Of a stretch of 64,000 nucleotides of DNA, positions 53,631 to 64,000 are shown piece by piece (positions within the stretch are counted from its first letter, which is position 1; the number at the start of each line of letters is the position of its first letter). Origin of the DNA: Burkholderiales bacterium (GTDB lineage Bacteria; Pseudomonadota; Gammaproteobacteria; Burkholderiales; SG8-39). The stretch is from contig JAOSJV010000010.1 in the NCBI GenBank assembly GCA_027493935.1, forward strand, positions 654,387-718,386. The letters run 5' to 3'. The notes beneath the pieces are model-generated. The model was not told where the DNA came from, made no database searches, and saw nothing but the letters and a program-made list of their open reading frames with translations. The position numbers and the translations under genes were made by a program.

Positions 53631-53660
53631 GGCGTGGTCTCCTTTCGCTGATCCAGGTCG

Positions 53661-54350
53661 TCACTTTCCGCCGGCTGCCGGCGCCTCGCTGCGCGCGTAG
53701 GGCATGAGCGCGCGCTTGGCGCGCTCGAGCTGCTGGTGCATCGCGCGCGCGGCCGACTCCGTATCGCCCGCGCGCAGCGCCTGCGCGATCTCCCGCATGC
53801 CGGCGAGCGCGCCGGCGCGCACCGCGGCGTCGGCGAGGGTGAGCGCGCGCAGATAGCGCACGTGGTCGGCGTAGAGGCCGATCGCGCGCACGAGCCGCCG
53901 GTTGGCGACCAGCGCGATCCAGGCCTCGCGGAAGCGGCCGTTCGCGGCGATGAAGCGGTCGGCGTCGCCTGCCGCGTGCGCCGCTTCGGCCTCGGTGAGC
54001 GCGTCATCGAGCGGCGCGCGCGCCGCCGGGTCGGCCGCGCAGCGCGCTGCATGGCGCATCGCCTCGGGCTCGAGGAGCCCCCGCACCGCGTAGATATCGT
54101 CGACGTCGTCGGGCGTCAGCCCGGGCACCGCGAAGCTGCGCCCGTCCGCCTCGACCAGCCCCTCGCTCGCGAGCCGTGCGAGCGCCTCGCGCACCGGTGT
54201 GCGCGAGACCCCGAGCTGGGTGGCGAGCATCACCTCCTGCAGCCGCCGACTCGGCCCGATCCGACCGGTGCGCAGCTGCTCGCGCAGGGTCTCGTAGACC
54301 CGGTCCGCCAGCGCCACCGGCCGCTCCAGCGGCTTCAACGCCCGTTCCAA
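53661..54350 (-). CDS. GntR/FadR family transcriptional regulator (IaaR-like)
   Basis: LATQLGVSRTPVREAL HTH plus FCD domain; TTG start after AGGAGG. Confidence 0.88.
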   Translation of the reverse strand: MERALKPLERPVALADRVYETLREQLRTGRIGPSRRLQEVMLATQLGVSRTPVREALARLASEGLVEADGRSFAVPGLTPDDVDDIYAVRGLLEPEAMRHAARCAADPAARAPLDDALTEAEAAHAAGDADRFIAANGRFREAWIALVANRRLVRAIGLYADHVRYLRALTLADAAVRAGALAGMREIAQALRAGDTESAARAMHQQLERAKRALMPYARSEAPAAGGK

Positions 54351-54401
54351 CCCTCCTCCTTGCGACACGCGCCGCATCTGCCACTCGGGCAGATGCAACG
54401 A

Positions 54402-54418
54402 ATGTGTACTGTATACAT
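54402..54418. promoter_or_regulatory. Putative GntR/FadR operator
   Basis: TGTGTAC-TGTATACA palindromic boxes about 55 bp upstream of the GntR gene. Confidence 0.55.
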
Positions 54419-54577
54419 CGAGCCCCAGCCCAAGTCACGCTGCGGTGCGCAAATCGTGATCTAGACGAAATTCCCGGGTCAACGCACGGCTAAATGTGAA
54501 TGCTCGCTAACAATCGCCCTCATGGACTGAACTCGAATTCCTTCTCAAAGACAGCCAGTTAGGAAAAAACACTACAA

Positions 54578-55523
54578 TCAGCCGCACGCGACGATCAGCT
54601 TTCCCCGGGCATGTCCGGTCTCCGACGCGCGGTAGGCTTGAGGAAGATCCTCGAAGCGAAAAATGGTCCCCACCTGGGGTTGGATTACGCCCTGAACCGC
54701 CCAGTCGAACAGCCGCGCGAGCCGTTCCGGGGTCGGCTGGATACGCGAGCGGATCACCGTGACATCCGCGCGCGCGACTCCGGCCGGCACCGGGGCGGCA
54801 GCGAGCGCGACAAGAACGCCGCCCGGCCGGAGCGCGGCGAGGGGAGCGTGCGTGCACTGCCCCGCCCGCCGTGTCGAGCACGACGTCGCACGGACCCGCC
54901 ACGGCGACGAAATCCTCGGCGGCGTAATCGATGACGCGGGCGGCGCCGAGCGCCAGGCAGTGATCGCGGTTCGCCGCGCTGCAGGTCGCGAGCACTTCCG
55001 CGCCGAGGTGGCGCGCGATCTGGACCGCGACATTCCCGACTCCGCCCGCCCCGCCGTGCACCAGCACCCGCTGGCCGGGGCGCACGCGCGCATCCTCGAC
55101 GAGCGGGATATAGGCCGAGAGGCCCGAGACGCACAGGCACACGGCGGCGGCCGGCGCAAGCCCCGCCGGTAGCGGCGCGGCCTGCGCCGCTGGCAGGATC
55201 GCGCACTCGGCGTGCGTGCCGTCATTGGCCGGGTCGGCGACACCGGCAACCGCCTGTCCGTGTCCGATGCCGGTCACGCCCGCGCCGAGCGCGATGACGG
55301 CGCCCGCGCAGTCGCGCCCGAGCACGCGCGGGAACGCGAGCGGAAACACGTCGCGCAGGTGTCCGGCCCGCATCTTCCAGTCGATCGGGTTCACGCTCGC
55401 GGCCGCGACCCGAACGAGGATCTCCCCGGGCCCCGGCACGGGTACCGCCACCCGGTCGAGCGCGAGCACCTCCGCACCGCCGTAGCGGTGAATCCGCCAG
55501 GCGCGCATGTCCTGCGCCGTCAT
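54578..55523 (-). CDS. NADP-dependent oxidoreductase (MDR/quinone oxidoreductase family; frameshift at ~54841-54844)
   Basis: ASVNPIDWK, VLVHGGAGGVG, GHARGKLI; ATGA overlap with the dctM stop. Confidence 0.85.
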
Positions 55524-56836
55524 CGGTGCGAGAGCTGCGGCAGGAAGGTCGCGAGCGGCGGATAGAGGATGATCGCCGCGATCAGCAGCATCACGCAGGC
55601 GACGAACGGTGCCGCCGCGAAGTAGATGTCGCGCATGGTGGTGCCAGGCGGCGCGACGCCCTTCATGACGAAGAGGAGCAGGCCGAACGGCGGCGTGGTG
55701 TAGCCGATCTCGAGCGAGAGCAGCATGATCAGGCCGAACCAGATCTGGTCGAACCCGAGCTCGAGCGCGAGCGGGAAGAACACCGGCGCGGTGAGCAGCA
55801 TCATCGAGAGCTGATCCATGAAGCAGCCGAGAAAGAGGATGATGCCGAGCATGATCAGCAGCATCCCGAGCGGCGGCACCTCGAAGCCGATGAAGTAGTC
55901 GATCAGGCCGCTGCTCGCGCCGGAGAAGGCGAGAAGCTGGCTGAACGTCGCCGACCCGAAGATGATCAGGAACGCCATCGTGGTGACCCGCAAGGCCGCA
56001 TCCACCGAGAGCTTGAACGCCTTCCACGTCAGGCAGCGGAACCCGACCGCGAGCAGCATCACCGCAAAGCACCCGATTGCGGCCGCCTCGGTCGGCGTCG
56101 CCCAGCCGACGACCATGACGCCGATGACCACGACGATCACGACGAACATCGGCAGGATGTCGCTGACGACCAGGCGCAGCTTCTCGCGGAGCGTCGCCTG
56201 CCCGGCCGCGTAGCGCGGCGCCGCGCCGGGATCGAGCAGCGTCCACACGAAGATCAGCACGGTGTAGGCGCTCGCCAGCACCAGCCCCGGGACCACGCCG
56301 GCGAGGAGCAGGTCGCCGACGTCGATGCGCCCGAGCGTGGCGAGCAGCACCGCGAGCGCCGACGGCGGGATGATCACCGCGAGCCCGCCGGTACCCATGA
56401 TCGGTCCGATCGACAGGTACTTGTTGTACCCGCGCTTCATCATGTCGGGCACCATCAGCGAGCCGAGCAGCGCGGTCGAGCCCATGCTCGAGCCCGACAG
56501 CGCGGCGAAGCCGGTGCCGCCGGCCACGGTGACGTACGCGAGGCGGCCCGGCACGTTCCCCATCAGCCGGTCCACCGCGTTGAACATCCGCGCCGCGAGG
56601 CCGGTGTGATAGAAAAGATCACCCATCAGCAGGAACATCGGGATCGGCACCAGCGCGAAGCTCGTCATCGCGCCGAAGCCGTTGGTGAGCATCTGCACGA
56701 CGCCCCGGCCGCCGCCCATGAAGATCCACGCGCCGACGACGTTCGCGCCGAGAAACGCGACCGCCACCGGCATGCCGAACAGCATGAGGGCGACGATCAG
56801 CCCGAACAGCAGCGCCGCCGCCCAGTACCACTCCAC
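55520..56836 (-). CDS. dctM: TRAP transporter large permease
   Basis: GMPVA, FAALSGSS, IIPPS, TPTEAAA, TPPFG. Confidence 0.92.
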   Translation of the reverse strand: MEWYWAAALLFGLIVALMLFGMPVAVAFLGANVVGAWIFMGGGRGVVQMLTNGFGAMTSFALVPIPMFLLMGDLFYHTGLAARMFNAVDRLMGNVPGRLAYVTVAGGTGFAALSGSSMGSTALLGSLMVPDMMKRGYNKYLSIGPIMGTGGLAVIIPPSALAVLLATLGRIDVGDLLLAGVVPGLVLASAYTVLIFVWTLLDPGAAPRYAAGQATLREKLRLVVSDILPMFVVIVVVIGVMVVGWATPTEAAAIGCFAVMLLAVGFRCLTWKAFKLSVDAALRVTTMAFLIIFGSATFSQLLAFSGASSGLIDYFIGFEVPPLGMLLIMLGIILFLGCFMDQLSMMLLTAPVFFPLALELGFDQIWFGLIMLLSLEIGYTTPPFGLLLFVMKGVAPPGTTMRDIYFAAAPFVACVMLLIAAIILYPPLATFLPQLSHR

Positions 56837-56839
56837 GGA

Positions 56840-57362
56840 TCAGTCTCTCGCGCCGCGCGACCGCTCGCCGGCGATCGCTCCGTAGACGCTCTCGCCGCGC
56901 GCGAGGAAGCGCCCGAACTCGACCGCCATCATGCCGAAGCAGAGCGGCATGAACGCCATCAGCATCCAGCGCGGCATGTCGAGCGAGCGCACGTCCTTCT
57001 CGCTCTGCACGTAGTCCTTGACCGTCACCTCGCCGCCGTACCAGGCGAGCACCAGGCACACGACGATGCACGCGATCGTGATCAGCCGCATCTGGACGCG
57101 CTGCGCCGCGGGCGGCATGTGGTGCAGCACGAGCTCGATGAAGACGTGCCCCTTCTCGCGCACCAGCCAGGGCGAGCCGAGGAGCGGCAACGAGGAGCAG
57201 CGCGTACTCGTTGAAGGTGAAGAGGTGCGCCGAGCTCTGCGTCCCGAGGTTGCGCAGCGCGACGTCGGTGACGATCGAGACCATCATCGCCACCATCAGC
57301 ACGCCGGCGGCGAGCGCCATGCCGTAGAGGAGCAATTCGTAGGTTCTCGCGAGCGCGCGCAT
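56840..57362 (-). CDS. dctQ: TRAP transporter small permease (frameshift at ~57187)
   Basis: Four TM helices, DVALR, KGHVFIE; lies between dctP and dctM. Confidence 0.85.
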
Positions 57363-57454
57363 GGCGCAGCATTCTCCGGTCCGCGCGGCCGCGCCGCGCG
57401 GCTGGCGGCCGGACGCCGCGCCGGAGGACGGCGCGGCGCGGCAGCCGGTTCAGG

Positions 57455-58454
57455 TCAGTTCGGCGTGAAGAGCTGGATCATGCGGTCGTAGTTTTCCATA
57501 CCGCCCGCCTTCTCGACGCGCTCCTTCATGCGCGCGAGCGTCGAGGCGCGCGCGCCCGCGAGGTAGCGCTTCGCGGCCTCGGGGCTCATGGTCACGACCT
57601 TCAGGCCGCGCCTCTCGAGCTCGGCGAACTCCTTCACGCGCAGCTCCGCGAGCGCCTTCACGCTCGCGACCTCGTGCTCGATCGCGACCTTCTGCAAAAT
57701 CTCGCGCGACTTCGGGCTGAGCGAGCTCCACCTCTTCTGGTTCACGACCACGCCGAGGTCGGTCGAGAAGAACGCCGGCTCGATCCGGTACTTGAGGTAC
57801 TTGTCCCAGTTCAGGTCCATGATCCCGATCTGGGTCCAGCCGCTCGCGTCCACCGTGCCGCGCTCGAGCGCGGTGTAGTGCTCGGTCGACGGGATGGTGA
57901 TCGGCGACGCGCCGAGCGTCTTCTCGAAGAACGCGTTGTAGATCGGGTTGCCGCGCAGCTTGACGCCGCGCAGGTCGAGATTGCCCTGCGCGTCGAACTT
58001 CGGCTCCTTCACGGACCAGATGTTGAACTTGATGCCGCTGTCCATCCAGCCGAGGTAGTGCACCCCCATGCGCTTCTGGTGGATCTGGTTGAACAGCTCG
58101 GTGCCGCCGTTCTTGCGCGCGGCCGGCCCGTCGATCGTGCTGGCGACCATCGCGTCGCACTCCGGGCAGCGCCGCGGCGTAGAACGAGCACGGGCCATAG
58201 ATCATGTCGACCACGCCGTCGCGCACCGCGTTGCCCTGCTGGAACATGCCGATCGCCTCGGGGCCGCCGCGCAACTGGATCGCGAACACCCCCTTGCCCG
58301 CGGCGTTGGCCTTCTCGACGAACTCGATGAAGCTCTTCGAGTAGACCACGGTCTTCGGGAACGCGTAGACCGCGCTGATGGTGTCGGCGGCGAGCGCCGG
58401 CAGCGCGGTGAGCCCGGCGGCGACGAGCGCTGCAAGGGTCGCGGTTCTCTTCAT
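57455..58454 (-). CDS. dctP: TRAP transporter substrate-binding protein (frameshift at ~58163)
   Basis: Signal peptide; GGPEAI; DLRGVKLR; YTALERGTVD. Confidence 0.88.
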
Positions 58455-58616
58455 GGCTTCCTCCTCCGTTCGGATGACCTGCGGCGCATTGTTCGTGTCC
58501 GAGCGCCGGTCGTCCCGCCGCGGCGCGCCGCGCGCGCATTATCTGCGCTCGCTGGCCGTCCCGCAACCCGCCGCGCGCGAGCCCGTATAAACTTGCCGGC
58601 CCCCAACGTCGAGAAG

Positions 58617-61600
58617 ATGATGAACGCTCCGCCGACCTTGCGCCCGATCACGCTGGAGGACAAGTATTCGATCGAGCGCGGCACGGTGTTTCTGAGCGCG
58701 ATCCAGGCGCTGGTTCGCCTGCCGATGCTGCAACGCAGCCGCGACGCGCGCGCGGGGCTCGACACGGCCGGCTTCGTCTCCGGCTACCGCGGCTCTCCGC
58801 TCGGTGGTCTCGACGTCGCGCTCGCGCGCGCGCGAGCGCATCTCGAGCGTCACCGGATCCGCTTCCAGCCGGGCGTGAACGAGGACCTGGCCGCCACCGC
58901 AGTGTGGGGCACGCAGCAGGTGGGGCTCTTCCCCGGCGCGCGCCACGACGGCGTGTTCGCCATGTGGTACGGCAAGGCGCCCGGCGCGGACCGGTCGGGC
59001 GACGTGTTCCGTCACGGCAATGCGGCCGGCGCGGCGCGCCACGGCGGCGTGCTGCTCGCGACCGGCGACGATCCGGCGGCGCGCTCGACGACGGTCGCCG
59101 ACCAGACCGATCTCCTGTACGAGGCGCTCGCGATCCCGGTGCTCGCGCCGGCGTCGGTGCAGGACGTTCTCGACCTCGGCCTGCACGGCTTCGCGCTCTC
59201 GCGCTTCTCGGGCTGCTGGGTCGCGCTCAAGCTGGTGGCCGACGTGGCTGAGAGCTCCGCGGTGGCGGCGATCGATCCGGAGCGCCCGGCAATCGCGCTT
59301 CCGGACGACTTCACGATGCCCGCGGGCGGGCTGAACATCCGCTCCCCCTGACTGGATGCTGGATGCCGAGGCACGCCTCAAGGAGCACAAGCTCTTCGCC
59401 GCCGTGGCCTACGCGCGCGCGAACGCGCTCGTGCGCGTGACGCTCGACGGCCCGCGCGCGCGGCTCGGCGTCGCGGCGGCGGGGAAAGCCTACGCCGACC
59501 TGCGCCAGGCGCTCGCCATGCTCGGCATCGACGATGCCGCGGCGCGCGACCTCGGCCTTCGCATCCTCAAGGTGGACATGCCCTGGCCGCTCGAGCCCGA
59601 GGCGGTGCGCAGTTTCGCCGCGGGGCTCGAAGAGATCCTGGTGGTCGAGGAGAAGCGCCCGCTGGTCGAGGAGCAGATCAAGGAGCAGCTCTTCCACTGG
59701 CCGGAGCGCGAGCGGCCGCGGGTCACCGGCAAGCGCGCCGGCGCCGGCCAGTGGGAGCCCGACCCCGAATGGGTGATCCCGCCGACCGGCGAGTCTCGCC
59801 GGCGATCGTCGCGCGCGCGCTCGCGCGTCGCCTCCTGCAGTTCCGTCCCGCGGAGGCGCTCCACGCGCGCCTCGCCGCGCTCGAGGCGCCGGCGCCGGCG
59901 CCAGTCGCGGCCGGCGCGCCGCGCACGCCCTGGTTCTGCTCTGGCTGCCCGCACAACATCTCGACCCGAGTGCCCGAAGGCAGCCGCGCGACCGCCGGCA
60001 TCGGCTGCCACTCGATGGCCGTGTGGATGGACCGCAACACGTCGACCTGGACGCACATGGGCGGCGAGGGCGCCCCGTGGATCGGCCAGGCGCCCTACAC
60101 CGAGACCCGGCACATCTTCGCCAATCTCGGCGACGGCACCTACTTCCATTCAGGGCACCTCGCGGTGCGCGCCGCCGTCGCCGCGAAGGTCCCGATCACC
60201 TACAAGATCCTGTTCAACGACGCGGTCGCGATGACCGGCGGGCAGGCGGTCGACGGCGAGCTCTCGGTGCCGGCCATCACGCGGCAGATGGCCGCCGAGG
60301 GCGTCGGGCGAATCGCGGTGGCGAGCGACGAGCCGCACAAGTACGCAGGCGCGGACCTCGCGCCCGGCACGACGGTGCACCACCGGGACGCGCTCGACCA
60401 CGTGCAACGCGAGCTGCGCGACTGGTCGATTGAGCGCGGCGCCGTCTCGGTGCTGGTCTACGACCAGACCTGTGCCGCCGAGAAGCGGCGCCGGCGCAAG
60501 CGCGGCGCCTACCCCGATCCCGCGCGGCGCGCCTTCATCAACACCCTGGTGTGCGAAGGCTGCGGCGACTGTTCCACGCAGTCGAACTGCCTCGCGATCG
60601 AGCCGGTCGAGACCGATCTCGGCGTCAAGCGCCGCATCAACCAGTCGGCGTGCAACAAGGACTACTCCTGCCTGAAGGGCTTCTGCCCGTCGTTCGTCAC
60701 CGTCGAGGGCGGCGCGCTGTGGCGTGGCCGCGAGGCGGCCGGTCGGGCAACCGACTGGCCGATCCTGCCCGAGCCGGCGCGCCCCGCGCTCGACGCGCCG
60801 TACGCGCTGCTCGTCACCGGCATCGGCGGCACCGGCGTGGTCACCATCGGCGCGCTGCTCGGCATGGCCGCGCATCTCGAGGGAAAGGGCGCATCGGTGC
60901 TCGACGTCACCGGTCTCGCGCAGAAGGGCGGCGCGGTGACCTCGCACGTGCGCTTCGCCGCTCGCCCCGGGGAGATCCACGCCGCGCGCATCGGCCAGGG
61001 CGAGGCCGATGCGGTGCTCGCGTGCGATCTCGTCGTCGCCAATGGCGCCGACGCGCGCAGCCGGATGCGCGCGGGGCGCACGCGGCTCGTCGGCAACAGC
61101 GCGGTCGCGCCGACCGCCGACTTCACGCTCGCGCAGGCGATCACCCGCACCGCGGAGGCGCTCGCGGCGGACCTCACCGGGCTGCTCGGCGCCGAGCGCG
61201 TGGCGTTCGTACCCGCGGCGCGTCTCGCCGCCGCGTTGCTCGGCGATGCGATCGCCACCAACCTCTTCATGCTCGGCTTCGCGTACCAACGCGGTCTCGT
61301 TCCGGTCGAGGCCGCGGCGATCGAGCGTGCGATCGAGCTCAACGCCGTGGCGGTCGAGGCCAACCGCAGCGCCTTCGCCTGGGGCCGGCGCGCGGCGCAC
61401 GACCTCGCCGCGGTGGAGGCGCTCGCCGCGCCGGCCGAGGTCACCGCGCTCGCCGGTGCGCCCGCGCACGGCCTTGATGAGATCGTCGAGCGCCGCGCGG
61501 CCATGCTCGCCGGGTACCAGGACGCGGCGCTCGCCCGGAAGTATCGCGCGCTCGTCGAGCGGGTGCGCGCCGCCGAGCGCCCGCTCGGCAGCACCCGCCT

Positions 61601-62123
61601 CGCCGAGGCGGTGGCGCACGGCTACGCGAAGCTCCTCGCCTACAAGGACGAGTACGAGGTCGCCCGGCTCTACGTGCATCCGGAGTTCCGGGCGAGCCTC
61701 GACGCGGCCTTCGAGGGCGACTACCGCGTGCGCTTCCATCTCGCGCCCCCGCTCCTCGCGGGGCGCGATCCGGCGACCGGCGCTCCGCGCAAGATCGCAT
61801 TCGGCCCGTGGATCGCGCCGCTGCTGCGGCTGCTCGCTCGGCTGAAGGTCCTGCGCGGCACCGCCTTCGACCCGTTCGGCTGGTCGGCGGAGCGGCGCGC
61901 CGAGCGCGCACTCGTCACCGATTACGAGAAGCTCGTCAAGGAGCTGCTCGCCGGGCTCGACCCGCAGCGTCTCGCGATCGCGGTCGAGCTTGCGGCGCTG
62001 CCCGAGTCGATCCGCGGCTTCGGGCACGTCAAGGCCGCGGCGATCTCGGCAGCGAAACGGCGCGAGACCGAGCTTCTCGCTGCGCTGCGTGCGCCGGCGG
62101 CGCTGCTAGACTTGGCGCGATGA
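58617..62123 (+). CDS. Indolepyruvate:ferredoxin oxidoreductase family, fused alpha/beta, paralogue 2 (frameshifts at ~59347 and ~59797)
   Basis: SGYRGSPLGG, GVNEDLAAT, FCSGCPHN, GDGTYFHSG, CEGCGDC, KDEYEVAR across three frames. Confidence 0.9.
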
Positions 62124-63516
62124 CCACCTCGCAGAGCGCGCATCCGACCGGCCCGGCGTTCGACGCCGAGATGCGCACGCTGCTGGGCGAGCGCTACTCG
62201 ATCGCACGCGCGGTGCGCGAGCATCACGGTCGCGACGAGTCGCACTTCCCCCGTGCGCGCCCGACGCGGTCGCGTTCCCGCACTCGACCGAGGAGGTGCG
62301 CGACATCGTCGGCATCTGCCGCCGGCACCGCGTGCCGATGATCCCGTTCGGCGCCGGCACCTCGGTCGAGGGTCACGTGCTGCCGGTGCGCGGCGGGGTC
62401 ACGATCGACCTCTCGCAGATGAACCGCATCGTCGCGGTGCACGCGGAGGACCTCGACGCGACCGTCGAGGCCGGGGTCACGCGCACGCAGCTGAACGAGG
62501 ACCTGCGCGACACCGGGCTCTTCTTCGCGATCGATCCGGGCGCCGAGGCGACGCTCGGCGGCATGGCGGCCACGCGCGCCTCGGGGACGAACGCGGTGCG
62601 CTACGGCACGATGCGCGACAACGTGCTCGCGGTGACGGCGGTCATGGCCGACGGCCGCGTCGTGCGCACCGCGCGGCGCGCGCGCAAGTCATCGGCGGGC
62701 TACGACCTCACGCGGCTCTTCGTCGGCTCCGAGGGCACGCTCGCGATCATCACCGAGCTCACGGTGCGCCTGCACCCGGTGCAGGAGGCGGTGTCGGCGG
62801 CGACCTGCTCGTTCCCGACCACCAGGGCGGCGGTGGACAGCGTCATCCAGATCATCCAGACCGGGATCCCGGTGGCGCGCTGCGAGTTCCTCGATGCGCT
62901 CGCGGTCGCGGCGATCAACCGCCACCTCAGGACCGCCTACCCGGAGCGCATGACGCTCTTCCTCGAGTTCCACGGCAGCGCGGCCGGCGTGGCCGAGCAG
63001 GCCGGGCGGGTGCAGGAGATCGCGCGCGAGCACGGCGGCAGCGACTTCCAGTGGGCGATCAAGCCCGAGGAGCGCTCGCGCCTCTGGCACGCACGCCACA
63101 ACCTCTACTTCGCGGGCCTGCAGCTCAAGCCGGGCGGGCGCTACGTGTCGACCGACGTCTGCGTACCGATCTCGCGGCTCTCCGACTGCCTGGTCGAGAC
63201 CGAGCGCGACGTGCGCGCGGCGCGCCTTCCGATCGTCGTGGTCGGGCACGTCGGCGACGGCAACTTCCATCTCGGGATCCTGTTCGATCCCGACAAGCCG
63301 GCCGAGCTCGCCGAGGCGAGCGCGATCAACGAGCGCCTGGTCGCGCGCGCGCTCGCGATGGACGGCACCTGCACCGGCGAGCACGGCATCGGCCTCGGCA
63401 AGATGCGCCACCTCGTCGACGAGCACGGCGAGGCGACCGTCTCGGTGATGCGCGACATCAAGCGCGCGCTCGACCCGGACGATCTGCTCAACCCCGGCAA
63501 GGTGGTCGAGCTCTGA
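62120..63516 (+). CDS. FAD-linked oxidase, D-lactate dehydrogenase/GlcD family (frameshift at ~62250)
   Basis: PFGAGTSVEG, IDPGAEATLGGM, GSEGTL, HVGDGNFH, GEHGIG, LNPGK. Confidence 0.9.
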
Positions 63517-63527
63517 AGGAACGCGCG

Positions 63528-64000
63528 ATGAAGATCACGGTTCTCGACGACTACCAGGACACCGTGCGCACGCTCGCCTGCTTCGGCCTGATGGCCGGGC
63601 ACGAAGTGACGGTCTGGAACGATCACGTCGACGACGTCGGCGCGCTCGCCGGGCGGCTGCGCGACACCGAGGCGCTCGCGCTCTTCCGCGAGCGCACGCC
63701 GATCCGTGCGCCGCTCCTCGAGCGGCTCGACCGGCTGCGCATCATCAGCCAGACGAGCGTCTATCCGCACATCGACGTCGAGGCGTGCACGCGGCGCGGC
63801 GTGGTCGTGTCCTCGTACATGGGGCGCGGGCAGCCGTCCTACGCGACCGCCGAGCTCACCTGGGGCCTGGTCATCGCCGCGATGCGCCGCATCCCGCAGG
63901 AGACGGCTGCGCTGAAGGCGGGGCGCTGGCAGGCCTTCCCGGTCGGCACCGGTTTGCGCGGCAAGACCCTCGGCGTCTGGGGCTACGGGCGGATCGGCGC
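63528..64000 (+). CDS. D-2-hydroxyacid dehydrogenase family protein (truncated by window end)
   Basis: MKITVLDDYQ, FRERT, HIDVEAC, TAELTWGL, LRGKTLGVWGYGRIG; absent from the ORF track because it has no stop in the window. Confidence 0.88.
   Translation, partial: MKITVLDDYQDTVRTLACFGLMAGHEVTVWNDHVDDVGALAGRLRDTEALALFRERTPIRAPLLERLDRLRIISQTSVYPHIDVEACTRRGVVVSSYMGRGQPSYATAELTWGLVIAAMRRIPQETAALKAGRWQAFPVGTGLRGKTLGVWGYGRIG

Noticed and set aside
34816-62123. Two oppositely oriented IOR genes acting as an invertible-segment switch
   Set aside because: The paralogues are clearly diverged at protein level and no recombinase is present.

Overview
High-GC (roughly 70% by eye) bacterial chromosome segment, most likely betaproteobacterial. 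About 17 single-base frameshifts, mostly in homopolymer runs, suggest an unpolished long-read assembly. The window has three blocks. (1) 1-29.5 kb is an NO/nitrite respiration region with two heme-copper oxidase operons, both lacking the cross-linked Tyr needed for O2 reduction. One has GH-SSQ-Q (eNOR-like, with ctaB/ctaA) and one has GH-TLV-N (sNOR-like, with an SCO gene and a cytochrome c fused to subunit II). The block also holds an oxidoreductase-SelD fusion, a formate/nitrite channel, a Cys-rich sensor-GAF-BTAD regulator and a cytochrome cd1 nitrite reductase cluster (nirE/nirI-nirS-nirCF(DL)GHJN). Six FNR/DNR-type boxes are present and no norBC/qNor gene is visible. (2) 30-35 kb is housekeeping: dusA, a methyltransferase, a B12 radical SAM protein and folE. 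(3) 35-64 kb is a catabolic cluster whose gene order matches the anaerobic indole-3-acetate (auxin) iaa operon, flanked by two indolepyruvate:ferredoxin oxidoreductase paralogues, a TRAP transporter and 2-hydroxyacid dehydrogenases. Several small repeat families occur, including a 112-bp TA-flanked MITE inserted in frame into the NirF signal peptide. No rRNA, tRNA, CRISPR array or transposase was recognised.
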